Positions 10,444 to 20,402 of a stretch of 50,781 nucleotides of DNA are shown here, one piece after another. The notes below the pieces were generated by a model. That model was not told where the DNA came from. It ran no database searches and saw nothing but the letters and a program-made list of their open reading frames with translations. Every line of letters starts with the position of its first letter. The first letter of the stretch is position 1. The position numbers and the translations under genes are program-made. Source of the DNA: Rhizaria sp. SCN 62-66 (lineage: Eukaryota); contig MEDY01000213.1 of assembly GCA_001724265.1 (NCBI GenBank), positions 1 to 50,781 of the forward strand. The letters are read 5' to 3'.

Positions 10444-13400
10444 ATGCCGGCGTCTCCTGCAGCGGCTGCTGCGTCGCCCTCTGAGGCCCCGCAGGAGTCG
10501 TACCTCGTCGGCGATGGTGTTCACCTTGACCTCAAGGCCATGAGCACGATCAAGCTCGCTGGTTTTGACGACTTACCGTCTGTCATTGAGAAGGTTCAAC
10601 AGTCGTCTTCTCTTCTTGCGTCATCCTTTGATGAAATTTCCCGCGCTGCCGGCGTGCAGCTTACAGCGGCCAACACGCCCGAGCCGCTGCCCGAGCGCGC
10701 ATCATTGAGCGTCGACGCTCTCGTCCAACGCGACGTGAAGTCTTACTTGCACTGGCTGCGCCGCTGCGTACCCGCTTTTGGCACCTTTGTCACTGAGGCA
10801 GACGTGTCGCGTTTGGCGCAATTTGCTGCTGTGTCGACCCTGACGGCCTCCGAGTGGCACCTACGTCGCGGCGAGCGCCACACCTCGGCCGGCTTTGTCG
10901 TCGACGGCGCACTCGCGGAACAGAACGACGTGGTGAACAACCCGCCCCGCGCGTACCGCACGCGCGACGGCCAGCCGCTGAAGGCTGTTGTGCGCGAGGG
11001 CGTACACATCCTGGGCCCCGGTGAGAGCGTTGGCGACCTCTCGCTCTTCCACGGCCGCCGCTCCGACGCCTTCCTCCAGGCCCCTGCTCTGGACAAGGCC
11101 GTGCACACCGGGAACTCGCCCGCCGTGGCGTCGGCGTGCACGGCTACGGTGCTGCTGTTTCCCTACAACTCCTTTGCGGAGATGCAGGCGACCGCGCCCG
11201 CGCTCTACTCCAAGATCGTCAAGGTCTTTGCCCAGATCGGCCTCGACAAACTCTGCGGCAAGAACACCGTCGACGTCCGCGCCGTTGCGGCCTCGCTCGA
11301 GGAGCAGCGCCAGGGCCGACTTCGCGCTAAGACCGCCAACGCCTCCGCGCCCTTGTCCGTGGCCAGCTCGCCGCGCGCGGACTTGGCGGGCGACCGGCCG
11401 GCGTCGCTGATGAAGGAGCCCGATTCGCCCTCTGCCGGCGCAGGGGCGGGTTTCTTTAACATCAAGCCTATCGACGCGGACGACGACGACGACGACGACG
11501 CTGCGGCTGCGGGCGGCACGCCGATGCTGTTTCCTGAGGCGTTCGGCGGCAAGAAGGGCGGCGCCGCCTCGATCTCGCCTGCCGACACCGCCGCGTCCGG
11601 CGCAGGCGCTGGCTCCGCTGCGGCGGCAGGCACGGACGCCAACGGCGACCCGCTGCCGCTGATGCCCGAGTCGTCGTCGCACCTGAACACGCAGCTGTTC
11701 GCCTCGCTGGGTTTGCAGGTCATCCCGTTCAACCCCGACGCGGACCGCGCGCGCCGCCACAAGACCAAGGGCGGCGTCTACACACAGTCCGGCCACGGCT
11801 GGGAAAGCGAGGACCTTGGCTTTGCGTTCGAGTACGCATCGGTGTTCACCGACGCCGAGTGGGAGCACCTGCGCGAGTTCCTCATCCGCCTCCTCGCCGG
11901 CAAGCTGCCGTGCCCCGTGCCTGCGTGCGGCGTGCCCGTCTACTTCCTGGCCGACCCGGCGACGTTCGCGCCGCCGCCGTGGTCCGTTGCGTCGGCCTCG
12001 GAGCGCTCCTCGCAGGCCGCCGAGCGCACGGGGCTGTCCACCGCGCACCGCGCCGTGTTCGGCTTCATTACCCACGCAGCCGGCGCCGGCAGCGGCGGCA
12101 GCAGCGGCGCGGGCGGCGAGGCGGCGCTCGCGCAAGGCGGGCCCGGCGCGCTGCAGCGCACGGCGACGGCACGACAGGTGACGGCCGGCGTCGACCTCTC
12201 GGTTCCGCAGCCGCCGTCAACGCGCTCTGTGGTGCATCTCGCGCGCGCCACGGACCGCTACACCGTGCGTCTGCTCGCGCGCCGCAGCGAGGCCGCCGAG
12301 GCCGCGCTGCACAACGGCTCCGCCGCGATGCTGCAGATGCGTGCGGTGCAGGACCGGCTCGCGGAGCTCTTGGCGCCGTGCGTCGACTTCGCGCGCCGCA
12401 CGCTCGCCAGCGCCACCGCGGCCGATGATGCGGCGGGCGGCGACAGCGGCGCCGAGGGCGGCGCGGGTGACAGCAGGGCCAAGAAGAACAAGGACAACGA
12501 TCTTAGCGACCCCTACTCGGCCGCGAGCGTCAAGAGGGCCCTCGAGCGCAAGCAGCAGCGCCAGGGCCGCGCCTCCGGCCGCGTCGCGCCGCCCTCGGGC
12601 GCCCGCAGCGCGCGCGGCGGCAAGCACGGCCAGGCCGCTAGCCAGGGCCAGGGCCTGGATCAGGGCGCCGCGGCTGCGTCTGCGCAGGATGAGCTTGCGC
12701 TTCTGTCGCAGGCCTTCGCGGGCGACGCTGCGGCCGCCGAGCAGCTGGCCGCCAACTCGCGCCAGACCAACGGCTCCGGCTCTCACTCTGGTGCCGCCAC
12801 CGCGGGCGCGCTGGTGGCCGCTGGCGCCGTTGGCGGCGCCGCCGCGGGCGCCGCGGCAGGCCGCGCGAGCTCGGGCTCCGGCCCCAGCACGCGCACCGCT
12901 CACAGGGACTTCGACCTCGCGTCGGGGCAGCCGCTGGACCGCGTGACGCCCCGCAGCAGCGGCGCGGCCGGGGCCGGGGCCGGCGGCCGCGCGGGCTCCC
13001 CGACGCAGCGCGCGGGGATGGGCGCGAACGGTGCTAACTCTAAGAGCAGCACACAGCTCGTCCCCGCGTCCTCAGGCTCCGGCGCCCTCGTCGGCGCTGG
13101 CAGCGGTGCCGAGGGCGGCGCTGCGGGCGGCAAGGACAGCGGCGCGATCGTCGCTGCGACGCTGCTGGCGCCCGGCGCAGTCGTGTCGGCGCTGACGATG
13201 GCGCACGCGGCGACGCTGCGCAAGCTCAACCAGCAGCGCCAGGCCACGCGCCGGCTGCGTCTGCTCATGGCGCTGCTGTGCGGCCGCGTCCTCATCGAGC
13301 GCATCCGCACGCGCCGCACGCTCGGCGCCGTGCACGCTGCCATGGCCGCACAGACGTGCGCCGCGGCGCAGTCGACGGCCGAGCTTGTTGCCGCGCTCAA

Positions 13401-16400
13401 CGCCACCGCGGTCGAGTCCGAGGCGCTGTCCGCGCAGTCTGACACCGCGGGCTCGGCCTCCCGCGACCCTTCGCCGCGCCGCGGAGCGCCCTTCACGCCT
13501 GCCCGCGCGCCTACGGCCGCCGCGGGGTCCATGTCGCCCTCGGCCTCGCAGGGCGCGCTGGACCGCAAGCCGTCGATGGCGCGCCTTCTCTCGCAGCCGC
13601 AGTCGCAGCAGGCCGACGGCGACGCGCTGGCACAGTCGCAGAGCGTGACCGCGCTCGCTTCCCCGCGCGCCGACGGCGACGACGCCTACCCCGCGTCTGC
13701 CTCTGGCGCTGGCGCTGCTGACGCAAGCGTTGGTGCGGGCGCGGAGGGTGAGGACTCTACCAACGAGCGTCGTCTTGCGGCGGCGTCGCCGTCGTCGCAG
13801 CAGCCACAGTCGGCTGCGCCGGCGGGCCCGCTCGTGCAAGGCTACACGCCCAGGACGGACCTGGTGCTGCTGCAGAGCAATCTGCAGTCCCTTGTTGGCG
13901 CAATCGGGGCCGCCGAGGTTGTGACCTCGAACCCCTCCCAGCGCGCGCCCGGCTTCCGCGGCGCCGGCGCGGGCGTCGGCGTTGGCGGCTTCAGTGGCGG
14001 TGTACGCTCGCGCGGCCGCCTACAGCAGCAGCAGACACAGCGCGGCAGCGGTGGCGCGGGCTCGGCTCGAAGCACCCCGCAGCACCCGTCGCGTAGAATC
14101 ACTCACGCAGGCAATAACAACAATAACACGAACAATGCCCGCGGCTCTGCGACGCCTGGAGGTAACAACGGCGCGAACGTGTACGGCCCGTACTCACAGC
14201 AGCCGCTGAGCTCACCGACAAACGCGAGCCGCGCGTTCACGAACGGCAGCGGCTACGCCGATCCGTCCAACGCGCCCTCGCAGTCTCCTGCGGCGGGCAC
14301 GCGCTCGGTTCAGGCGACGCCGCGCCGCGCCTCGCGCCCGGTGGCGGGCTCAGCGGCCGCGACGCCCGTGGCGCCCGCCCAGTCGGGCACGGCGGCCAAG
14401 ATCCAGGCCATGACTGCCGCGCTGCACGCGCGCAACGGAGACGCGCCCGCAACGCCTGCGCTCGCCTCTGCCCGCGGCAGCTCCTCCTCACGCAACCCCG
14501 CTGTTGGTGCTGGCTCTCTTGCCGGCCCCGTGTCCGCGCGCGGCAGTAGCTCGACATTCGGCGCTAGTGGCGCTGACAATGGCGCTGGCGCCGCCTTTGA
14601 GGAGCAGGAACCCGTGTACGTCGTGCAGTGGGTCGCCGCGTCCGAGGCGCCCGCGATGTCGCGCGCGAGTTTGCGCTCGAGCGACCACGACTTCAACATG
14701 AGCGCCAACTTCGGCGCCGGAGTGTTGGGCGCGCCACTGCACGGCTACGGAGACACGACCCCCGACGGCGACGACGCTGCGATCTCTGGCCCCAGCCGCC
14801 GCGCGACCGGCTTCAACGGCGGCGCGGGCGGCGCTGGCAACGGCGGCGCGCGCAACACGGCGATGGACGGCACGGTGATGAGCGAGGAGTCCGCGGCCGA
14901 GGCTGGCGTCTCGGAGGGGACTGTGCGCGTCATCAACGGCCAGCGTGTCGTCGCCCGCATCGTCGCGCTCCCGCCCAGCGCGCGCGCGCACGACAACGCG
15001 GCGACTGCGGCGGCCGCGGCGGGCGCAGGCAGAGAAGGCGACGACCGTGCGAGCCCACTGCCCGGCAACGACGTTTATGGCGCCAGCGCCACGCCCCGTG
15101 GCAGCACCTCCCGTCTAGGCCAGTCCCAGAGCCAATCCGACCAGCAGGCTCAGGGACAGCAGCATGGCCATCAACATGGTCAGCAGAACTACCCAGTTAC
15201 GCCCGCGCCGCATGCTAGCGTCTCGCGTGGCGGCGCCGCCAGCACCGCTGCGACGCCCTACCAGGGCCACGGCGGCGGCGCTCAGGACTCCGGCAGCATG
15301 GATTTCTGGCTGGCGTCGAATCCGTCGGCCGTCTTCGCGCAGAAGGCGGGCCGCGGTGGCGCGCGCCCCGCGGTGTCTTCGGCCCCTTCGTCGGCTCTGA
15401 CGTCGGCGCAGCTCGTGCAGGTGATGAGCCACCAGACCGAGGCCGCGCGCCGCGTGCACGAGGAGACGGCCTCGCTCGCGCGCGCCTACAGCGCCGCCAC
15501 CGAGGCCCTTGCCGCGCGCATGCGCGACGTGGCGCCGCAGCTCGAGCGCGCGGCTGCGCGTGCGGCGCGCGGAGAGAAGGCGCGCAAGGACGCGGAGAAG
15601 ATGTACCGCGAACTCGAGGCGGCGCGCAAGCGGTTGTCGCGGCTTGAGGGCGAGCGCGGCAAGGAGCGCGAGGAGTACGAAAAGGAGATGCGCGCTGAGC
15701 GCGAACGCTGGGCCGCCATGTCGGCCAACCGCGGCGAGAACGACGCGGCCGAGCTCGAGGACCAGAACGAGCGCCTGCGCGTCGAAAACGCCGCGCTGAC
15801 CAACGAATCGGCGCTGCTCGCGCGCAAGGTACAGGGCCAGCGCAAGTATGTGCAGCAGCAGCAGGACAACCTGGCGCTGCTGGCGTCGCGCGAGCGCGAC
15901 CTAATGGCCGCGATCGACGCGCTGCGTCTGCAGCACTCGGACGTCACGCTCAAGGTCTCCGTGGCGCAGTCCACGGCGGCCGCGGTCGCCATGACGCGCA
16001 CAGGCGCGGGCGCGGGCGGCGTTGGCGGCGTGGGCAACAAGCCCACCTCGCTGCTCAACAACCTCGACGTGCCGGCGATCAAGACGCGCCACGCGCAGGA
16101 GCAGGCGAGAGCGCAGCGCGCACTACAGCTCCAGATCCAGCAGCAGCAGCGCAACGCCGAGGCCGGACCCAACAACGGCGGCCAGAACCCGCAGCTGATG
16201 AGTCCGGAGCGTGAGCAGCCGCCCGCGCTGGGCTACTACCCCGAGGGCGACAGTCGCGCCACGACGCCCGCCTACGGCTCCCGCGGCGGCGCAAACAATG
16301 GCACCAGCAGCGCGTTCCAGAGCCCCAACGGCTACGGCAACGGCGGCAACGGCGGCTACGCGACCCCCGGCACCGGCGGTAGCGGTGGCGACTACCGCGG

Positions 16401-16812
16401 CAACTCCGCTAGCCGCGCGCGCGGCGACCTGGGTGCGCTGATGGTGCCCGAGGGGCGTCCGCTGACGACGGCGGGCGTCACCACGCTGCGGTCGCCCCCC
16501 AAGCGACGCAACCACCGGCGCAACTCGAGCGTGGACGCCACCGCGCTGGCGCCGATGCTGCCGCCGATCACCATCGCGCAGCCTTACACGCACTTCATGC
16601 CGCCCGTCGGCAAGGCCGTCGGACTCGGCTCCGGCGGCGCGGGCAACGGCGGCGGCGGCGGCGGCGGCGGCAGCAGCGGCACGGCCGCGCCGACGCCGCA
16701 GCAGCACCAGCAGGCGATGCAGCACCAGCAGCAGCAACGTCAGGACTTGCCCGCGGGGTCGTACGCCACGGGTGGGCCCTTCATGTATCACCCCACCGCC
16801 GGCCACGCGTGA
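10444..16812 (+). CDS. 2122-aa protein with an N-terminal cyclic-nucleotide-binding (cNMP)-like domain, a long disordered middle and a C-terminal coiled coil
   Basis: Uninterrupted ORF with host-like codon bias. VPAFGTFVTEADVSRLAQF...RRGERHTSAGFVVDGAL...LGPGESVGDLSLFHGRRSDAFLQA...TATVLLFPYNSFAEM fits the cNMP fold. E/R/K-rich heptads at about 15430-15960. Ends TGA. Confidence 0.8.
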   Translation: MPASPAAAAASPSEAPQESYLVGDGVHLDLKAMSTIKLAGFDDLPSVIEKVQQSSSLLASSFDEISRAAGVQLTAANTPEPLPERASLSVDALVQRDVKSYLHWLRRCVPAFGTFVTEADVSRLAQFAAVSTLTASEWHLRRGERHTSAGFVVDGALAEQNDVVNNPPRAYRTRDGQPLKAVVREGVHILGPGESVGDLSLFHGRRSDAFLQAPALDKAVHTGNSPAVASACTATVLLFPYNSFAEMQATAPALYSKIVKVFAQIGLDKLCGKNTVDVRAVAASLEEQRQGRLRAKTANASAPLSVASSPRADLAGDRPASLMKEPDSPSAGAGAGFFNIKPIDADDDDDDDAAAAGGTPMLFPEAFGGKKGGAASISPADTAASGAGAGSAAAAGTDANGDPLPLMPESSSHLNTQLFASLGLQVIPFNPDADRARRHKTKGGVYTQSGHGWESEDLGFAFEYASVFTDAEWEHLREFLIRLLAGKLPCPVPACGVPVYFLADPATFAPPPWSVASASERSSQAAERTGLSTAHRAVFGFITHAAGAGSGGSSGAGGEAALAQGGPGALQRTATARQVTAGVDLSVPQPPSTRSVVHLARATDRYTVRLLARRSEAAEAALHNGSAAMLQMRAVQDRLAELLAPCVDFARRTLASATAADDAAGGDSGAEGGAGDSRAKKNKDNDLSDPYSAASVKRALERKQQRQGRASGRVAPPSGARSARGGKHGQAASQGQGLDQGAAAASAQDELALLSQAFAGDAAAAEQLAANSRQTNGSGSHSGAATAGALVAAGAVGGAAAGAAAGRASSGSGPSTRTAHRDFDLASGQPLDRVTPRSSGAAGAGAGGRAGSPTQRAGMGANGANSKSSTQLVPASSGSGALVGAGSGAEGGAAGGKDSGAIVAATLLAPGAVVSALTMAHAATLRKLNQQRQATRRLRLLMALLCGRVLIERIRTRRTLGAVHAAMAAQTCAAAQSTAELVAALNATAVESEALSAQSDTAGSASRDPSPRRGAPFTPARAPTAAAGSMSPSASQGALDRKPSMARLLSQPQSQQADGDALAQSQSVTALASPRADGDDAYPASASGAGAADASVGAGAEGEDSTNERRLAAASPSSQQPQSAAPAGPLVQGYTPRTDLVLLQSNLQSLVGAIGAAEVVTSNPSQRAPGFRGAGAGVGVGGFSGGVRSRGRLQQQQTQRGSGGAGSARSTPQHPSRRITHAGNNNNNTNNARGSATPGGNNGANVYGPYSQQPLSSPTNASRAFTNGSGYADPSNAPSQSPAAGTRSVQATPRRASRPVAGSAAATPVAPAQSGTAAKIQAMTAALHARNGDAPATPALASARGSSSSRNPAVGAGSLAGPVSARGSSSTFGASGADNGAGAAFEEQEPVYVVQWVAASEAPAMSRASLRSSDHDFNMSANFGAGVLGAPLHGYGDTTPDGDDAAISGPSRRATGFNGGAGGAGNGGARNTAMDGTVMSEESAAEAGVSEGTVRVINGQRVVARIVALPPSARAHDNAATAAAAAGAGREGDDRASPLPGNDVYGASATPRGSTSRLGQSQSQSDQQAQGQQHGHQHGQQNYPVTPAPHASVSRGGAASTAATPYQGHGGGAQDSGSMDFWLASNPSAVFAQKAGRGGARPAVSSAPSSALTSAQLVQVMSHQTEAARRVHEETASLARAYSAATEALAARMRDVAPQLERAAARAARGEKARKDAEKMYRELEAARKRLSRLEGERGKEREEYEKEMRAERERWAAMSANRGENDAAELEDQNERLRVENAALTNESALLARKVQGQRKYVQQQQDNLALLASRERDLMAAIDALRLQHSDVTLKVSVAQSTAAAVAMTRTGAGAGGVGGVGNKPTSLLNNLDVPAIKTRHAQEQARAQRALQLQIQQQQRNAEAGPNNGGQNPQLMSPEREQPPALGYYPEGDSRATTPAYGSRGGANNGTSSAFQSPNGYGNGGNGGYATPGTGGSGGDYRGNSASRARGDLGALMVPEGRPLTTAGVTTLRSPPKRRNHRRNSSVDATALAPMLPPITIAQPYTHFMPPVGKAVGLGSGGAGNGGGGGGGGSSGTAAPTPQQHQQAMQHQQQQRQDLPAGSYATGGPFMYHPTAGHA

Positions 16813-17557
16813 GTGCGCTGTGCGTGCCGTGCGGACAGCGCATCAGGGCGCTCTGCGTGCACAACTTAACGTGTCGTCGGAGCATGTGAATCAGAGATGT
16901 ATACGTACAGTACATTTGTAAGTGACAGTGTGACAAAAGCGAACCCAAGAACTACGTGGGCACGTATAACAACGATTTGGTTTTCTTTGTTGTAGAAAAA
17001 GAGTAATGGAGGATGAGATTAAATAAGTTTGTTTTATTTGGTGCTCGTTTTGCGTCTCTCAAACTCACAACAGCTTGTTTTTTGGGGTGTACATTGGTGC
17101 TTGTACTTAAAATGGCTATGTTTCATCAACAACTATGGATTGGATTTTCGTTATTCTGTTTTCTTTTCTTTTTGTTTCTTTGAATTTGTGGACTTGTGCG
17201 TTATTTTCCCATTCAATTTCTCTGTCTGAACATCTGGAGTACACACTTCAGATTCAGCACTAACATATGCACATTTGTCAATACTTGTACAATACAGTGC
17301 TTGCATATTTAATCACAACTAAGCATTAAAATACGTTATCAGGTGTGTCAATGCTGACTGTAACTGAAATATGGCTTTAGTGCCACAGCGAGCATAGCAG
17401 GTGCAGACCTCATCGACAAGAGCTCAACACATAGGACTTAGCGCCAGGTGAGCAACTTAAGATAGGACATGGCGTAACGAGAGTACGCCAACAGGTTCGA
17501 GAGACTGGAGGGGAGCAGACGCGCAGGCACGTTGCATCATCAGTAGCTTTTGAGCGC

Positions 17558-17830
17558 TTACTGGCGGCCGAAGAAGCCGAAGAAAGAAGAGAACATCGAG
17601 CCCGAAGTGGTAGACGAAGGGGGAGCCGCCTTGGCCATGCCAAGGGCAGAGCGCATAGGTGACGCCTCAGGGCCGCAGATGTGGTGCTGGCCATCGGGGT
17701 TGGTACTGGTGCTGAAGCCCTGGACCTGCTTGTGCTTAGGGTTAGAGACGCAGCGGACGTAGACCTTTCCACGGCGGCGGACGAAGGCGCAAGCGTCACA
17801 GAGACGGCGAAGAGAGGAGCGAGTCTTCAT
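17558..17830 (-). CDS. MRPL36: Nucleus-encoded organellar (probably mitochondrial) ribosomal protein bL36 with a C-terminal extension (90 aa)
   Basis: [38 protein letters not shown] is the bL36 zinc ribbon (C-x2-C...C-x5-H). ATG at 17830; ends TAA. Confidence 0.92.
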   Translation of the reverse strand: MKTRSSLRRLCDACAFVRRRGKVYVRCVSNPKHKQVQGFSTSTNPDGQHHICGPEASPMRSALGMAKAAPPSSTTSGSMFSSFFGFFGRQ

Positions 17831-18453
17831 CTCTACACAGGAAGAGAGTGAGAGCAGGAACAAGAAAACATGATGTGAGCAAAAAGATCAAGTTGGGAAG
17901 GTTTGGTGTGTGGCCCTCAACCGCGTGTTTTGAGGTGGACGTAGAGAGGAAAGTAGATCGCAGATTGGCATGCAGCAAAATAATCAGCAAAGTCAAACAC
18001 ACATGCAAAATGGGCATATCGATCAAATGCTATTCGGCCGATCAGAAGGCCCCCAGGAATCACGCCAACATGACGGACTAGGCTGCCGTCGGTCGCGACG
18101 AAGAAGTAGGGAAGGCACGGTTCGCAAAAATGGCTGCGTTGCGGCCCTTACTTTAACCCAGCGAGCAACTTTGAAAGCCATTTGGAACCCTTAGAGCTGT
18201 TCCGATAGATAATGGTGAATTAAATTTGGTTACATCATGCGTTATTCTATGTTGGGTGGTTATTGCTGCCTTTCTTTCGCAACTCTAGAGCCCGTGCAGA
18301 CGCCTCTTAGGTGGCCGCATGGAGCGGTGATGAATGCAACGAAGCTGTCGTTTGATCTTAGCATGCTTTTCAACGCCCCCATATGCTTTCCGTGATGTTT
18401 GTCACTTTGCTCACAATTAATTCTACGCGTTTCTTTGATTTAGTCCTCGGGAG

Positions 18454-19320
18454 ATGTCTGATAAGTCTCAGGAGAACGGGTCTGTGACTCCGATCGAGCC
18501 CGCCGCGGTTGATCAGCTTGCTCACCGCCAGACCTCGTACCACACTCTGCGGGGCGTCTCTGTGCAGGACTTGATCCAGCAGATCCGCTACCTGCCCAAG
18601 GAGGCACAGAAGCACGTGTCTATCCTCAACGAGGCCCGCGTGAACCGCGCCGTGAACCCCGCGGTGCAGGCGCGCCTTGACGAGCTCAAGGCTCTGCCCG
18701 ACGCTGAGCTGTCGATCCAGCTTGAGGAGTACCTGCCCTCCGACGTCGTCGAGCGCGCCGAGTTCCTTACCACGGTTGCGTCTGAGCAGGCCCGCTCGCT
18801 CTCCGAGCTCTACGACCGCTCGCGCAAGTACCAGATGCGCACTGCCGCGAACAAGACGTACCACACCCCGTCGCCGGCCTTCATGTCCACGCTGTGGTCT
18901 CTGCCCCCCACCGCGGAGCAGACGACCGCGCTCAAGGCCGTGCCCGAGGCGCGCCGCCAGTCCTGGTTCGACCTCACGCTGCACTACCTCGGTGTAAACT
19001 CGGCCGAGTCCCGCTTCAACGCCCTCGAGACGTGCCTTAACGGTGAGTACTCCACCTCGGCCGGTCGCAACTCGCTCCGCCCGCGCCCCTGCGCGCAGCT
19101 CGCCCTCGCTGCTGAGTCGCAGATGCAGATGATGCTGAAGGACCTCACGCGCGGCTCGTGCGAGGCCGCGACGAAGCGCTTCCACTCTGCGCTGGTTGAG
19201 AAGCCCGACGCAGAGGCCGCATCGATTGCGTACCAGGGCCTGCTGCAGTGCTCTGAGGTCTCGCGCACCATCCAGGCCATCACCAGTGCCGTCTCTACCC
19301 TCACCCATGGCCGTAAGTAA
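18454..19320 (+). CDS. 288-aa protein; C-terminal half resembles a divergent complex I subunit NDUFA8 (twin CHCH-like hairpins)
   Basis: Clean ATG-TAA ORF with strong codon bias, so the gene itself is well supported. The spacing LHYLG...ETC...PRPC...GSC...LLQC parallels NDUFA8 as I recall it. The product call is tentative. Confidence 0.55.
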   Translation: MSDKSQENGSVTPIEPAAVDQLAHRQTSYHTLRGVSVQDLIQQIRYLPKEAQKHVSILNEARVNRAVNPAVQARLDELKALPDAELSIQLEEYLPSDVVERAEFLTTVASEQARSLSELYDRSRKYQMRTAANKTYHTPSPAFMSTLWSLPPTAEQTTALKAVPEARRQSWFDLTLHYLGVNSAESRFNALETCLNGEYSTSAGRNSLRPRPCAQLALAAESQMQMMLKDLTRGSCEAATKRFHSALVEKPDAEAASIAYQGLLQCSEVSRTIQAITSAVSTLTHGRK

Positions 19321-20402
19321 GCGTGCTATCGACCAGCCGTATGCACCGGGAGCAGATGCACGCGCGCGTGCGTGCGTGGGCCATATTTATAGGCGCGGTG
19401 AACTGTGACTGAGAAGATTGATGTGTGTCTTGTCCAAGGTGTTGATGTTGTTAGCTGTGTGCGTGCGTTACACGTAATGAGCAACTGCGACACATGAGGA
19501 CCGATATTCACTGAAATTGTCTCTGGTGCCACTGACTCACCCACCACCGACCCACGCGCACACGCCCGCCCACAAGCATGTTCTTCCTACCCAGCAAGTC
19601 ATGTTTTCGTTTTACAAATCTTTTTTCGTTTCTTTTGTATCATCAACAATTTATTTTTTTCAGGACTATACGGAAGTCGTTTTTCTTTTCGGGGTCTTAT
19701 TTTAGTTTCGAGCCGTTGCAAAGACGCGTGCTCGCCGCCGCGCATCAAATCTGGTGACGTATAGAGGCGAGCAACGTAGCAACGATTTTTCTTTGCGACT
19801 ATGCATTGACATAACAGGCAGTCTTGGGCGGTTTGCGCACGATTTCCTTTCATAGTATTTCAGTAATACAATATCCTCAAACACCACTTCCCTTAACACC
19901 CATATTCACCTTACAATCGCCGACGTGTGCCGACTTGCCCACGGTCACTATTTGCGCACTTCCTGGTTCTGAGGAACCGAAGGAGGCTATCGGCCGGCAA
20001 GGAGGCGACGTGGCACCAATTTCAAAGCAGGATATCTCGATGGATGCATGACATAATATTGATTTATTAAGTGCACCAGCAATGTGACGTTGTTTTTTAT
20101 ATCTCAATGAAGTTATTTATCTATCTACGCTTGGGGTACATCACTGTCGAGCGCATCGCTCTCCGGTGCGCTTCAGTCTTCGGTTTCACTTCGTTTGTTC
20201 ATTTTGAAATGGCTTGCATGCTTTGAGGCGACATGGTTCAACCACCGCTCAAACTATTTTGCGTGCTTTACTGTGTGCGGTATTCAATATTGCCGCTGTC
20301 ATTTGTAAAGACTTTTCTTGCTTACTCTATACTTTCATTTCGTCGACCCTTCTTGCGCCACTCCTATGTTCTTAACAGCTCGCTTCGGCCCGCGACAGTT
20401 TC

